From Alphaproteobacteria bacterium (GTDB lineage Bacteria > Pseudomonadota > Alphaproteobacteria > UBA828): a stretch of 64,000 bases of DNA. Position numbers and translations under genes: made by a program. Shown here in pieces: positions 1 to 10,430 of this stretch (the first letter of the stretch is position 1; every line of letters starts with the position of its first letter). The stretch lies in assembly GCA_963422645.2 (NCBI GenBank), contig CAXXVO010000002.1:96001-160000 (forward strand), in the 5' to 3' direction. The notes below the pieces were generated by a model, which did no database searches, was not told where the DNA came from, and saw only the letters and a list, made by a program, of their open reading frames with translations.

Positions 1-1420
1 AACGCCCGGCTTCGGGAGGAAAATGCCTGGCTTCGGCAGCAGAACGCGCGGCTGGAAGAGCAAGTCGCGCGTCTCGTCGAGCGCATCGAGGAGTTGGAGC
101 GCCGTCTCGGCCTCAACAGCGGCAACAGCGGCAAGCCGCCTTCGAGCGATGGGCTGAGGAAGCCGAATTCGAAGCGGCGAACCCGAAGCCTGCGCGGCAA
201 ATCGGGCCGCAAGCCCGGTGGCCAGCCCGGCCACAAGGGCAAGACGCTGCGCCGCGCCGATCACCCGGATCGGGTGAAGGATCACGTCCCGGCTTCCTGC
301 AAGGGATGCGGTTCGCCGCTTTCGGACGCGGCCAGGGCGGGAACGCCCGTCGCCCGCCAGGTGTTCGATCTGCCCGAGCCGAGCCCCCTGGAGGTGACCG
401 AGCACCGGGCGCATGCCAAGTGCTGCGGGCATTGCGGGACGGTGACCCGGGCGGCGTTCCCCGACGGGGTGTCGGCGCCGGTGCAGTACGGCCCGCGCAT
501 TGCCGGGGTGGCGGTCTACCTTCAGCACGCTCACTTCCTGCCGGAGGATCGGCTGTCGCAGGTGATGGCCGAGCTCTTCGGCGCGCCGGTGACGGCTGCG
601 ACGTTGGCGACGATGAGCGAGAGGGCGGCCGAGCGGCTTGCGGGACGCGGCCTTGCACATACAGGACCTGGCGGCGGGCACGGCGCGGGTGAAACACATG
701 GACGAGACCGGCTTGCGGATCGGCGGTCAGACGCAGTGGCTTCATGTGATCTGCACGCCGCTGCTGGCGGCGTACCGGGTCAGCGGCAAGCGCGGCGCCC
801 TGCTCTCGGGTGTCTCCGGCATCGTCGTGCACGATCACTGGAAGCCGTACTTCGCGATGGAAGGGGTGGAGCACGGCCTGTGCAACGCCCATCACCTGCG
901 GGAGTTGCAGGCGCTGGTGGACATCGAAGGGGAGGCTTGGGCCCGGCGGATGCAGCAGCTCCTGCGCCGAGCCAATCGCGCCGCCCGCATCGCGCTGGAC
1001 AAGGATATCGCCGTTCCGGCGAGGCTTGTGGCGCTGATCGAGCGCCGATACGACGAGATCATCGCCGATGCGCTGGCCTTTCACGAGAGCCAACCACCGT
1101 TCTCGCCTGGCAAGAGGAAGAAGCGCCGGAAGCGAAGGATCGGTCACAATCTGGCCTTGAGGCTGCGCGACCACAAATGCGCGGTGCTCCGGTTCCTGAT
1201 CGACCTCGAGGTCGGGTTCACGAACAACGAGGCCGAGCGCGACCTTCGGATGATGAAGCTGCGCCAGAAGATCTCCGGGGGCTTCCGGTCCGCGCAGGGG
1301 GCCGAGAACTTCGCCATCCTGCGCAGCGTCATCACCACCGCCAGAAAGCAGGGCTGGAATATCATCGAAGCCCTGACCAGCCCATCGGATCGGCTCATCG
1401 CCACCGTCAAGTGCGCGTAA
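1..1420 (+). pseudogene. IS66-family transposase (TnpC type), 5' end outside the window, one frameshift near 638
   Basis: Coiled coil, NSGKPPSSD, GGQPGHKG, CxxC motifs, DETG, HDHW, CNAHHLREL, TNNEAERDLR, QKISGGFRS; split between ORF frames 94.. and 638..1420. Confidence 0.85.
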
Positions 1421-1688
1421 GCTCACCTGGCACGGGTTCTCCAACAGCGGAGCCATTCTCATAAACGATCATGGTCGACGCCGTGCTGGACCACCCCATA
1501 GAATGAAAATCGGTGCCCGTCGCGCGGGCGGACTTCGGGCCACATCGGGGTAGCTTACCGGTCGCAGTCCGCAAGAGGGGCATCGTGAGCTGTGAAACCC
1601 GGCGACCCCAGAGGAGCACACGGGCGTCGCGTGGGTAGCGTTGTGCCGAATCCCAGAGAATTTTCACAGCAAGAACCTGGGCAGTTAC
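1..1688 (+). mobile_element. IS66-family element, left part outside the window; right end ...ACCTGGGCAGTTAC at 1675-1688
   Basis: TnpC-like ORF plus a terminal sequence ending in TTAC that is identical to the right end of the element at 49017-51478. Confidence 0.85.
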
Positions 1689-1712
1689 GGAAATTCTCTT
1701 TACACGTATTCC

Positions 1713-1796
1713 TTATTCACAGGATCTCGGTTAAGGGAGAAACCGTCGAAACCGTGACTTCTCGGGGGTTTCGGCTGTGGGCAACTCTGTGGAAAA
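1713..1796. promoter_or_regulatory. Cluster of DnaA-box-like 9-mers
   Basis: TTATTCACA at 1713-1721, TGTGGGCAA at 1776-1784 and TGTGGAAAA at 1788-1796, each 1-2 mismatches from TTATCCACA or its complement. Confidence 0.35.
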
Positions 1797-1829
1797 CGGA
1801 TTGAGACCGACCTGCGGGGCTTTGCCCGC

Positions 1830-3044
1830 TCAGGCGGCGTGGGCGCGCTCCCAGTCCACCATGTAGTCGCGGGTCAGCGGCGCCGCGTCCTGGCGCCGGG
1901 CAAGCTGAATCTGGGCCACCATGTGGTCCTGATGACGGAACGCAGCCTCGGACCCGGCGAGGTAGAACTCCCACATCCGGCAGAAGCGCTCGTCATAGAC
2001 CGCCTTCACCCGCTCACGGCTCGCCTGGAAGTTGCGCGACCAGTGCTTAAGCGTATCGGCGTAGTGCAGGCGCAGCATTTCCACGTCGAGGGACTTCAGG
2101 CCGGTCTGCTCCAGCGCGGCAAACACCTCGGAGAGCGAGGGGCAATAGCCACCGGGGAAGATGTACTTGCGCAGCCACGGATTGGTGACGCTCGGCCCGT
2201 CCCAACGGGCGATGGTGTGGAGCAGCGCGACGCCATCCTTTTTGAGTAGCCGCTCCAACTTGCGGAAGAACTCGACGTAGTGCTTGACCCCCACGTGCTC
2301 GAACATGCCGACTGAGACGATCCGGTCGTAGGTGCCGGCATCCTCGCGATAGTCGCGAAGATGAAAGGTCACGTGATCCTGGATGCCTAGATCCTTGGCG
2401 CGCGCTGAGGCGTAGGCCTGCTGCTCGCGCGAGAGCGTGAGCCCGGTCACCGAAGCGCCGGCCTCCTTATGCAGGTAGATGCCGAGGCCGCCCCAGCCCG
2501 AGCCGATGTCGAGCACGCTGAGACCGGGGCGGTCGAGCAGCAGCTTCGACGCGAGGTGACGCTTCTTGGCGTGCTGAGCCTGCTCCAACGAGTGATTGGG
2601 CGTATCGAAGTAGGCGCAGGAATACTGGCGGTCCGAGTCGAGGAAGAGGTCGTAGAGGTCGTCCGAGAGATCGTAGTGATGGGCCACGTTCTGCCGGGCA
2701 CGGCCGATCGGATTGTGCTGCTGCAGCGGGCGAACCCATTGCACGAGCCAGTTGCGCGCCTTGACCACCGTGTTCTCGTCGAGCAAATGGATGTTCTCGC
2801 CGACCAGGTGCAGGAAGTCGCGGATGGTGGCGTCGTCCTCCAGCGTCAGTGTGCCGTCCATGTAGGCTTCGCCGACGGCGAGGCGCGGGTTCCACAGCAG
2901 CTTCCAGTGGAGGGAGCGGTCGTGTAGGCGGATCGCTACCGTTGGCCCCGGCTCGCCTGCGAAGGTGTGGAGCTTGCCCCGCGCATCGAACACGCGCAGC
3001 GTACCCCGCCTCATCAATGTCCTGAACAGGGGCGCGACCAGCAT
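1830..3044 (-). CDS. cfa: Cyclopropane-fatty-acyl-phospholipid synthase family methyltransferase
   Basis: NVAHHYDLS, QYSCAYF, LDIGSGWGG, VSVGMFEHVG, KYIFPGG and RMWEFYL motifs; usual neighbour of rplI in Alphaproteobacteria. Confidence 0.9.
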   Translation of the reverse strand: MLVAPLFRTLMRRGTLRVFDARGKLHTFAGEPGPTVAIRLHDRSLHWKLLWNPRLAVGEAYMDGTLTLEDDATIRDFLHLVGENIHLLDENTVVKARNWLVQWVRPLQQHNPIGRARQNVAHHYDLSDDLYDLFLDSDRQYSCAYFDTPNHSLEQAQHAKKRHLASKLLLDRPGLSVLDIGSGWGGLGIYLHKEAGASVTGLTLSREQQAYASARAKDLGIQDHVTFHLRDYREDAGTYDRIVSVGMFEHVGVKHYVEFFRKLERLLKKDGVALLHTIARWDGPSVTNPWLRKYIFPGGYCPSLSEVFAALEQTGLKSLDVEMLRLHYADTLKHWSRNFQASRERVKAVYDERFCRMWEFYLAGSEAAFRHQDHMVAQIQLARRQDAAPLTRDYMVDWERAHAA

Positions 3045-3099
3045 GGCAGAAAGCCTCGAGTCTTGGGTCTAGGCGCTGGGGGAGCCTTCGTCCTTGGGC

Positions 3100-3720
3100 T
3101 CATCCGCGCCGCCGTCCGCTTCGTTCATTTACGGCAGTCTCGTCCTCTGCCGCTGCAGCGGCCGCCTCCGAAGCGTCGTCGGCATCGTCCGCGATCCCCT
3201 CTGCCGCGACCTCTTCGTCGGCGTCTTCATCCTCGTCGAGGATGGTACCACCGCGGGCCTGAATCTCCGCCTCCTCGGGCGATCGGGCAACGTTGACCTT
3301 GACCGTCACCGTCACCTCCGGGTGGAGCGCGATTCGCACATCGTGCACGCCAAGCGACTTGATGGGGCGGTCCAATCGCACCTGCTGGCGCCTGACCTCG
3401 GCGCCGCGCTCGGCCATCGCCTCGGCGACATCGCGCGCGTTGACGGAGCCGTAGAGTTGCAGCGTGTCGCTCGCCTGGCGGATGAGGATGATGCTCTCGC
3501 CCTCAAGCCGCGTGGCGGCAGAGCTGGCGGCGTCGCGCCGGTCGCCGTTCAGCTGCTCCAGCGCCTCGCGCTCCCGCTCGAAGCGCGCCATGTTCTCGGG
3601 TGTGGCCCGAAGGGCCTTCTTGCGGGGCAGCAGAAAGTTGCGGGCGTAGCCGTCCTTCACCCCGACGACATCGCCCATCCCGCCGAGCTTCTCGATCCTC
3701 TCGAGCAAGATGATTTCCAT
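3100..3720 (-). CDS. rplI: 50S ribosomal protein L9 with acidic C-terminal tail
   Basis: MEIILLERIEKLG...VKDGYARNFLLP, LYGSV, PIKSLG; rpsF-rpsR-rplI operon. Confidence 0.97.
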   Translation of the reverse strand: MEIILLERIEKLGGMGDVVGVKDGYARNFLLPRKKALRATPENMARFEREREALEQLNGDRRDAASSAATRLEGESIILIRQASDTLQLYGSVNARDVAEAMAERGAEVRRQQVRLDRPIKSLGVHDVRIALHPEVTVTVKVNVARSPEEAEIQARGGTILDEDEDADEEVAAEGIADDADDASEAAAAAAEDETAVNERSGRRRG

Positions 3721-3789
3721 AACCCCGTTCCTCGCTTGGCGGATCGCCCGGCCAGCAGCACCGGTGCCGGGCGAAGACCGGCTGTCCGA

Positions 3790-4173
3790 CTACTTGATGA
3801 CGTAAGGCAACAGCGCCAGGTGACGCGCCCGCTTGATCGCCCGTGCAAGCTCCCGCTGCTTCTTGGCCGAGACTGCGGTGATGCGGCTCGGCACGATCTT
3901 GCCCCGCTCCGAAAGGAAGCGCTGAAGCAGTTTTACGTCCCGATAGTCAATCTTCGGCGCATTGGGTCCGCTGAAGGGGCACGACTTCTTGCGGCGAAAG
4001 AAGGGCCGCCGCGGGAACGAAACCATCGGCACGCCTCCGCCGCCGCGTCCACCACCCGGCCCGCCGTGACGCGGTCCGCCGAAGGGATGCTGCCGGCGGC
4101 TGTCGTCGCCTGGCCCGGGTCGGCTTGCACCGGCGGGCTGCGACCCGCTCTCGGTCCGTTCGCCTTCAACCAT
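3790..4173 (-). CDS. rpsR: 30S ribosomal protein S18 with Gly-rich N-terminal extension (start uncertain)
   Basis: [47 protein letters not shown]. Confidence 0.95.
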   Translation of the reverse strand: MVEGERTESGSQPAGASRPGPGDDSRRQHPFGGPRHGGPGGGRGGGGVPMVSFPRRPFFRRKKSCPFSGPNAPKIDYRDVKLLQRFLSERGKIVPSRITAVSAKKQRELARAIKRARHLALLPYVIK

Positions 4174-4711
4174 CGCTCTTCTCCTCGGCGCCGCTGCTGC
4201 CCGCCTCGCCCCCGCCTACCGCGTCGCTCGCGGCGGGCTCGCTCGCAGCCTCCTTGGCACTTGCATCGGCAGCCGGCGCGGCGTCCTTACGCTGAGCACG
4301 CTCGCCGTCTCCCTCCCGGCGGCGACCCTCGCCGTCATCGTCCCGGCGGCGACCCTCCCACCGTCCGCCGCGGCCTCCACGGCCGCGGCCGCGCGACTGG
4401 GTGAGCGGCGCCGGGTTGGGGTCGTGCTCGTCCACCCGCACCGTCAGGTAGCGGATGACGTCCTCGTTGATGCGCATCGTGCGCTCCATCGAGTCGATCG
4501 CTTCCGCCGGCGCATCGATGTTCATGAAGTAGTAGTGGCCCTTGCGGTTCTTCTTGATGCGGTACGCAAGGCTGCGCAGCCCCCAATACTCGGTCTTGGC
4601 GATCTCGCCACCGGCCTCCGTCAGGATCTCGCGAAACTGTTCGGCCAGGCCGTCCACCTGTTGGGACGAGATGTCGGGACGCGCGATAAACGTGCTCTCG
4701 TAGAGCGGCAT
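4166..4711 (-). CDS. rpsF: 30S ribosomal protein S6 with long charged C-terminal tail
   Basis: [42 protein letters not shown]; start taken at the MPLYE ATG. Confidence 0.95.
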   Translation of the reverse strand: MPLYESTFIARPDISSQQVDGLAEQFREILTEAGGEIAKTEYWGLRSLAYRIKKNRKGHYYFMNIDAPAEAIDSMERTMRINEDVIRYLTVRVDEHDPNPAPLTQSRGRGRGGRGGRWEGRRRDDDGEGRRREGDGERAQRKDAAPAADASAKEAASEPAASDAVGGGEAGSSGAEEKSDG

Positions 4712-4916
4712 GCGGCGCTGTTCTCCTGAGTATCGGTCGCGGCACGTAACAGGTCCCCCGCCCCGCTCCAACGGGGCGGCAGACCCAGGCGGCGGACTAT
4801 ACATCATCATTCATGCATCGCAAGCAGTGCTGCGGCCCGTTCGCTTGACAGGTCTCGGGCTGCGTGGTGAGTAGCGGCGCGCAAGTTGGGCTTGCGAGAG
4901 CGCGAAAGTCCCCCAG

Positions 4917-5861
4917 ATGACGACGGCCATCATCTTTCCCGGACAGGGCTCGCAGCAGGTCGGCATGGGCCTGGACCTGCACGATGCCTTTCCGGCTGCC
5001 CGCGCCGTGTTTCAGGAGGTGGACGAGGCGCTCGGTGAGCCCCTCTCACGGCTGATGTTCGAAGGCGAGGAGAGCGAGCTCACGCTGACGCGGAACGCCC
5101 AGCCCGCGCTCATGGCGGTCTCGGTCGCAATCATTCGCGTGTTCGAAGAAGAGGGTGCTTGGCGGCTGTCCGATCGCGCAGCCTTCGTCGCCGGCCATTC
5201 GCTGGGCGAATACACGGCGCTCACCGCCGCGGGCTGCCTAGCGCTGGCCGACGCGGCGCGCCTGCTGCGCCTGCGGGGCGAAGCCATGCAACAGGCGGTG
5301 CCGGTGGGCGCAGGCGCCATGGCCGCGCTGCTCGGCGCCGGTCTCGCGCAGGCCGAGGCGATCGCGCAGGCGGCGGCCGAAGGCGAGGTTTGCGTCATCG
5401 GCAACGACAACGCGCCTGGCCAGGTCGTGGTTAGCGGCGCCGCGGCGGCGGTGGGGCGCGCGGTGGCGCTCGCGCCGGAACACGGCATCAAGCGCGCCGT
5501 GATGCTGCCGGTAAGCGCACCTTTCCACTCGCCGCTGCTGGCACCGGCGGCGGAGACTATGGCGACGGCGTTCGAGACGATCTCATTCAATCCGCTGGCC
5601 GTCCCGGTGGTCTCAAACGTGACCGCGCGCCGGATCCACGAGGCTTCCGACGTACCGGCGCTGCTGGTGCGCCAGGTGACGGCGATGGTGCGCTGGCGCG
5701 AGAGCGTGCTTCACATGGCGAGCGAGGGCGTGGATACGCTGATTGAGGTCGGCGCCGGCAAGGTGCTCACTGGGCTTGCGCGCCGCATCGACCGCGGATT
5801 GGGCGCGAGCGCAGTCGGAACGGTTGCAGACGTCGACGCCCTGTTGGGGCGGTCGGCATAG
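4917..5861 (+). CDS. fabD: Malonyl CoA-ACP transacylase
   Basis: FPGQGSQ, AGHSLGEY and VSAPFHS motifs. Confidence 0.96.
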   Translation: MTTAIIFPGQGSQQVGMGLDLHDAFPAARAVFQEVDEALGEPLSRLMFEGEESELTLTRNAQPALMAVSVAIIRVFEEEGAWRLSDRAAFVAGHSLGEYTALTAAGCLALADAARLLRLRGEAMQQAVPVGAGAMAALLGAGLAQAEAIAQAAAEGEVCVIGNDNAPGQVVVSGAAAAVGRAVALAPEHGIKRAVMLPVSAPFHSPLLAPAAETMATAFETISFNPLAVPVVSNVTARRIHEASDVPALLVRQVTAMVRWRESVLHMASEGVDTLIEVGAGKVLTGLARRIDRGLGASAVGTVADVDALLGRSA

Positions 5862-5902
5862 GCGGAACAGGCGCTACAGGCAGCAGCGGGGAGTGGCGAG
5901 GG

Positions 5903-6640
5903 ATGTTCGATCTGTCGGGAAAGGCGGCGCTGGTGACGGGGGCGTCCGGCGGCATCGGTGGCGCCATCGCCGAGGCCCTGCACCGCCAAGGGGCATCGGT
6001 GGCACTCTCTGGCCGGCGCGCGGAAGCACTGGAGGCGCTCGCCTCGAAGCTCGGGGAGGGGGCCCACGCGGTGCCCTGCGATCTCTCCGACCGCGATGCC
6101 CTTACAGCGCTGCCCGAGCGGGCGGCGGAGGCGCTGGGCGCACCCGCCATCCTGGTCCATTGCGGCGGGATCACCCGCGACGGGCTCGCGCTCCGCATGA
6201 AGGACGAAGACTGGCAGGAGGTGCTGGAAGTCAATCTCAGCGCCGGTTTCGTGCTCGCCCGCGCCTGCCTGCGCGGCATGATTCGCCAGCGCTGGGGACG
6301 GCTCATCTTCATCACCTCGGTGGTGGGGACGACCGGCAACGCCGGTCAGGCGAACTACGCAGCCTCCAAGGCCGGCCTCGCGGGCATGGTGAAGGCGCTC
6401 GCCGCCGAGACGGCCGCGCGCGGCGTCACCGCCAATTGTATTGCCCCCGGCTTTATCGAGACGGCAATGACCGACGCGCTGGCGGACGCGCAGAAAGAGG
6501 CGCTTCTTGGCACGATCCCGGCCGGGCGCTTCGGGGAGGGGAGCGATGTCGCCGCCGCCTGCGTCTACCTCGCGAGCGAGGAGGCCCGCTACGTCACCGG
6601 GCAGACGCTCCACGTCAACGGCGGCATGGCCATGATTTGA
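5903..6640 (+). CDS. fabG: 3-oxoacyl-ACP reductase
   Basis: TGASGGIG, GQANYAASK, APGFIET, GQTLHVNGGM; fab cluster context. Confidence 0.95.
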   Translation: MFDLSGKAALVTGASGGIGGAIAEALHRQGASVALSGRRAEALEALASKLGEGAHAVPCDLSDRDALTALPERAAEALGAPAILVHCGGITRDGLALRMKDEDWQEVLEVNLSAGFVLARACLRGMIRQRWGRLIFITSVVGTTGNAGQANYAASKAGLAGMVKALAAETAARGVTANCIAPGFIETAMTDALADAQKEALLGTIPAGRFGEGSDVAAACVYLASEEARYVTGQTLHVNGGMAMI

Positions 6641-6672
6641 ACGCGGCGCGCGCCGACGGGCACTCAGTCTTC

Positions 6673-7620
6673 CTAGAGCGCCTGTTTGCGGCCAGGCTTT
6701 CCGGCGCGTATGGCGAGCACGCCGGCAACGACAATCAGCACCGCGCCCGCACCCATGAGCCAGTCCACGCCCTCGCCCCAGAACAGCCAGCCGAAGACGG
6801 CGGCAAACACCACCGCCGTGTAGATGAACGTACCGACCCGGTCGGTCGGCGCAATCAGGCAGCCTTTTGCGAAGAGGACGTGGGCGGCGGTCGAGCACAC
6901 GCCCAGCACGATCAACCCGGGCCAGGTTTCAGCCGGCGGCAGGGTCGGGTTCATCAGCACGGGCGTGAGCGTCACCAGAATGCCGATGAGCGCAAAGTAG
7001 ACGGCGATGCGGAACGGGTCCTCGTTGGCCGGCATGCGCCAGATCGCGACGGCGGAGAGCCCGCCCAGCACGCCGGATGCGAGCCCGATCAGGGCCGCAA
7101 ATTGAAAGAATTCCGTTCCCGGCTTGAGGATCAGGGCGACGCCCGCGAAGCCGATCAACACCGCCGCCAGCACCCTGCCATCGAACGCGAATCGGAACAG
7201 AAGAAAACCCAAAACGGGCACGAAGATGGGCGAGCTGAAGTTGAGCAGCACCGCCTCGGCAAGCGGGAGCACGCTGACTGCGTGGTAGTAGCAGAGCAGC
7301 GCCGCTACCAATGCCACCCCGCGCATCACCATCAGCCCGCGATGCGCCGGGCGCATCGACCGGGGCCAGTGCCGGATGACCCAGGGCGTCAGGATTGCGA
7401 GGCTCAGCACGTTGCGCCAGAACAGCACCTCAAAGCTGGAAAGGCTCTCCTCCGCCATCTTGATGCCCATGCCGGCGAGGGCGAACATCAGCCCGGCAGC
7501 AGCCACGAGCGCCGCGCCCAGGAGCACCCGCCCGCGTCCGGGAATGGTGCTTGATACCGTCTGTTGATCGCTCATCGCGGGGTGCGGGACGGTGGGTTCG
7601 GTGTTTCTCTCATGGCTCAC
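6673..7620 (-). CDS. DMT/EamA family transporter
   Basis: About 10 hydrophobic segments with an EamA pattern (PLAEAVLLNFSSPIFV, LFWGE). Confidence 0.85.
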   Translation of the reverse strand: MSHERNTEPTVPHPAMSDQQTVSSTIPGRGRVLLGAALVAAAGLMFALAGMGIKMAEESLSSFEVLFWRNVLSLAILTPWVIRHWPRSMRPAHRGLMVMRGVALVAALLCYYHAVSVLPLAEAVLLNFSSPIFVPVLGFLLFRFAFDGRVLAAVLIGFAGVALILKPGTEFFQFAALIGLASGVLGGLSAVAIWRMPANEDPFRIAVYFALIGILVTLTPVLMNPTLPPAETWPGLIVLGVCSTAAHVLFAKGCLIAPTDRVGTFIYTAVVFAAVFGWLFWGEGVDWLMGAGAVLIVVAGVLAIRAGKPGRKQAL

Positions 7621-7822
7621 GGGCCGACTTCCGACTTAAATTGGCGGGCGTACCAACGCCATCTTCCGAGCGTATGGAGTATCGCCGAAAAATGTGTTAC
7701 CTAGCGCCGCGTCCGTCCGTCCACGCGGCATGGTCCGTCCGTGATTCGGGAGCCGCACGGGGCCGCTGTCCGCCGGTTGAGACCGGCGTAGCCGTTCACG
7801 CAGTCCGACGAGGGAAGGTTAC

Positions 7823-8062
7823 ATGAGCGATAACGATATCGCCGCACGCGTCAAGAAGATCGTCGTCGATCACCTTGGCATCGAAGAGGAAAAGGTGACC
7901 GAGAATGCGAGCTTCATTGACGATCTCGGTGCGGACAGTCTCGATACGGTCGAGCTCGTGATGGCCTTCGAGGAGGAGTTCGGCTGCGAAATACCCGATG
8001 ACGCCGCCGAGAAGATCCTCACGGTGAAGGACGCCATCGACCACATCGAGCAGATCACCTGA
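7823..8062 (+). CDS. acpP: Acyl carrier protein
   Basis: [20 protein letters not shown] phosphopantetheine motif. Confidence 0.98.
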   Translation: MSDNDIAARVKKIVVDHLGIEEEKVTENASFIDDLGADSLDTVELVMAFEEEFGCEIPDDAAEKILTVKDAIDHIEQIT

Positions 8063-8131
8063 CGGGGCGGCCAGAGGGGCCGATGGCGCGGACACAGCCT
8101 GCGCGAGACCCCAATAGCTGGAGAGCAATGA

Positions 8132-9409
8132 ATGCGCACCGCTGACCCGGCGCGCAGAGTGGTGGTCACCGGTGTCGGCATGGTGTCGCCGCTGGCGAAC
8201 GGCGTTCGCCTGAGCTGGGAGCGGCTCCTCGCCGGGCGCTCGGGCATCGCGCCAATCGAAGGGTTCGATCCCAGCGATCTGCCGGTCAAGATCGCTGGCG
8301 AAATCTCGTCCGGCGACGATGAGGGCGCGTTTCGCCCGGCGGACATTGTATCCACCAAGGACCTGCGCAAGATGGACGATTTCATCGTCTACGCGCTTTG
8401 TGCCGCGGTGGAGGCGGTGGAGGATTCGGGTTGGATACCCGATGACGAGGAGAGCCTGGAGCGAACCGGCGTGATGATTGGCTCCGGAATCGGCGGGCTC
8501 AAGACCATCGAGGCTGCAACCGTGATGGTTGAAGCGAAAGGCCCGAGGCGGCTCAGCCCGTTTTTCATCCCGTCGAGCCTCATCAACCTGGCCTCGGGAC
8601 ACGTGTCGATCCGATACGGCTTTCGCGGACCCAATCACTCGGTGGTCACCGCGTGCTCGACGGGGGCGCATGCGATCGGCGATGCGTCGCACCTCATTTT
8701 GCGGGGCGATGCGGATGTCATGGTCGCCGGCGGGGCGGAAGCGGGCGTTTGCCATCTCGGCGTCGCCGGCTTCGCGGCTGCCCGCGCGCTCTCCACCAAT
8801 TTCAACGACACGCCGGAGCGTGCATCCCGCCCCTGGGACGAGGCGCGCGACGGGTTCGTGATGGGCGAGGGCGCGGGCGTGGTCGTACTGGAGGAGTACG
8901 AGCACGCGAAGGAGCGGGGCGCTCCCATCTATGCCGAAATTCTCGGTTACGGCATGAGCGGCGATGCCCACCACGTGACCGCACCAGCGCCGGACGGCTC
9001 CGGCGGCTATCGCTCCATGGCGCACGCGCTCAGGACCGCGGAGCTCAACACCGACGAGATCGACTACATCAACGCGCACGGCACCTCGACGCCGCTCGGC
9101 GACGAAATTGAGCTCGGCGCCGTCAAGCAACTCTTCGGCGAGGACGCCGGGCATCTCTCGATGTCATCGACGAAGTCGTCGATCGGGCATCTGCTCGGTG
9201 CGGCGGGCAGCGTGGAGCTGATCTTCTCCATTCTCGCCATCAACCACGGCGTGATCCCGCCGACACTCAATCTCGACAATCCCTCGCCGGGCTGCGATCT
9301 CGATCTGGTGCCGCACGAGGCCAAGGAGCGCAAGGTCGAGCGGGCGCTGTCGAACTCATTCGGGTTCGGCGGCACCAACGCCTCGGTCATCGTAGGCCGG
9401 CTAGCTTAG
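8132..9409 (+). CDS. fabF: Beta-ketoacyl-ACP synthase II
   Basis: RRVVVTGVG, TACSTG, NAHGTST, GHLLGAAG, NSFGFGGTN. Confidence 0.97.
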   Translation: MRTADPARRVVVTGVGMVSPLANGVRLSWERLLAGRSGIAPIEGFDPSDLPVKIAGEISSGDDEGAFRPADIVSTKDLRKMDDFIVYALCAAVEAVEDSGWIPDDEESLERTGVMIGSGIGGLKTIEAATVMVEAKGPRRLSPFFIPSSLINLASGHVSIRYGFRGPNHSVVTACSTGAHAIGDASHLILRGDADVMVAGGAEAGVCHLGVAGFAAARALSTNFNDTPERASRPWDEARDGFVMGEGAGVVVLEEYEHAKERGAPIYAEILGYGMSGDAHHVTAPAPDGSGGYRSMAHALRTAELNTDEIDYINAHGTSTPLGDEIELGAVKQLFGEDAGHLSMSSTKSSIGHLLGAAGSVELIFSILAINHGVIPPTLNLDNPSPGCDLDLVPHEAKERKVERALSNSFGFGGTNASVIVGRLA

Positions 9410-9419
9410 GGGGTGGGCA

Positions 9420-10415
9420 ATGAGGCGCGCCCTCCTATGGCCGCTCACGGGCGTGGCGGTCGTGGTGGGCCTCGCCGTCGTCCTGGCGATAACAGGTTGG
9501 CTCTACGTCCACGGCCAACTCGACACACCGGGGCCCGCGCGCGACGAGCGCACCGTGGTCCTGCCCCAAGGACTGAGTGCCTTCGACATCGCCGATGCGC
9601 TGGAGGAAGCAGGCGTCATCGACGATCCCTTGCTCTTCGTCGCAGGGCTCTGGATCGAGGACAAGCAGCACGCGCTCAAGGCCGGCGAGTACGTGTTCGA
9701 GGCGCTAATCACGCCGCGCGGCGTGATGGAGAGGCTGGTCGCGGGCAAGACCGTCGTGCACCGCCTGACCGTCGTCGAGGGCATGACCAGCGCCGAGGTC
9801 GTGGCCGCGCTCAACGCGGCACCCGGGCTCGAAGGCGAAATCATGGCGGTGCCAGAAGAAGGCACGCTCTTGCCCGAGACCTATCACTACGCGCTGGGCG
9901 ACAGCCGTGCCGTGCTCATTGAGCGCATGCAGCGCGCCATGGCGCGCCTAGTCGACGAGCTGTGGTCGGCCCGTGATCTCTCGGCTGGCCTCGACGAAGC
10001 ACACAAAGCCGTGGTGCTGGCCTCCGTGGTCGAGAAGGAGACGGCTCTCATCGATGAGATGCCGGTGATTGCTGGCGTCTTCCTCAACCGACTGCGGAAG
10101 GACATGCGGCTCCAGGCCGACCCCACCGTGATCTACGCGATTACCGGCGGCGAGCGGCCCTTGGGACGGGCGCTGAGGCGTGCAGACCTCTGGGTCGAGA
10201 GCCCATACAACACCTACCGCCAGAAGGGCCTGCCGCCCGGTCCCATCGCCAATCCGGGGCGCGCGGCGCTCACCGCAGTGCTGAACCCGGCCGAGACAGA
10301 CGCGCTCTACTTCGTTGCCGACGGCTCAGGCGGGCATGCGTTCGCGAAGACCCTGGATGAGCACAACCGCAACGTCGCAAGCTGGCGCGCCAAGCGTGCC
10401 AAGGCAAGAAAGTAG
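9420..10415 (+). CDS. mltG: Endolytic transglycosylase MltG
   Basis: N-terminal TM segment, LASVVEKET, LQADPTVIY, SPYNTY, GLPPGPIANPG, LYFVADG. Confidence 0.95.
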   Translation: MRRALLWPLTGVAVVVGLAVVLAITGWLYVHGQLDTPGPARDERTVVLPQGLSAFDIADALEEAGVIDDPLLFVAGLWIEDKQHALKAGEYVFEALITPRGVMERLVAGKTVVHRLTVVEGMTSAEVVAALNAAPGLEGEIMAVPEEGTLLPETYHYALGDSRAVLIERMQRAMARLVDELWSARDLSAGLDEAHKAVVLASVVEKETALIDEMPVIAGVFLNRLRKDMRLQADPTVIYAITGGERPLGRALRRADLWVESPYNTYRQKGLPPGPIANPGRAALTAVLNPAETDALYFVADGSGGHAFAKTLDEHNRNVASWRAKRAKARK

Positions 10416-10430
10416 CAGCGGGAGGGCGAT

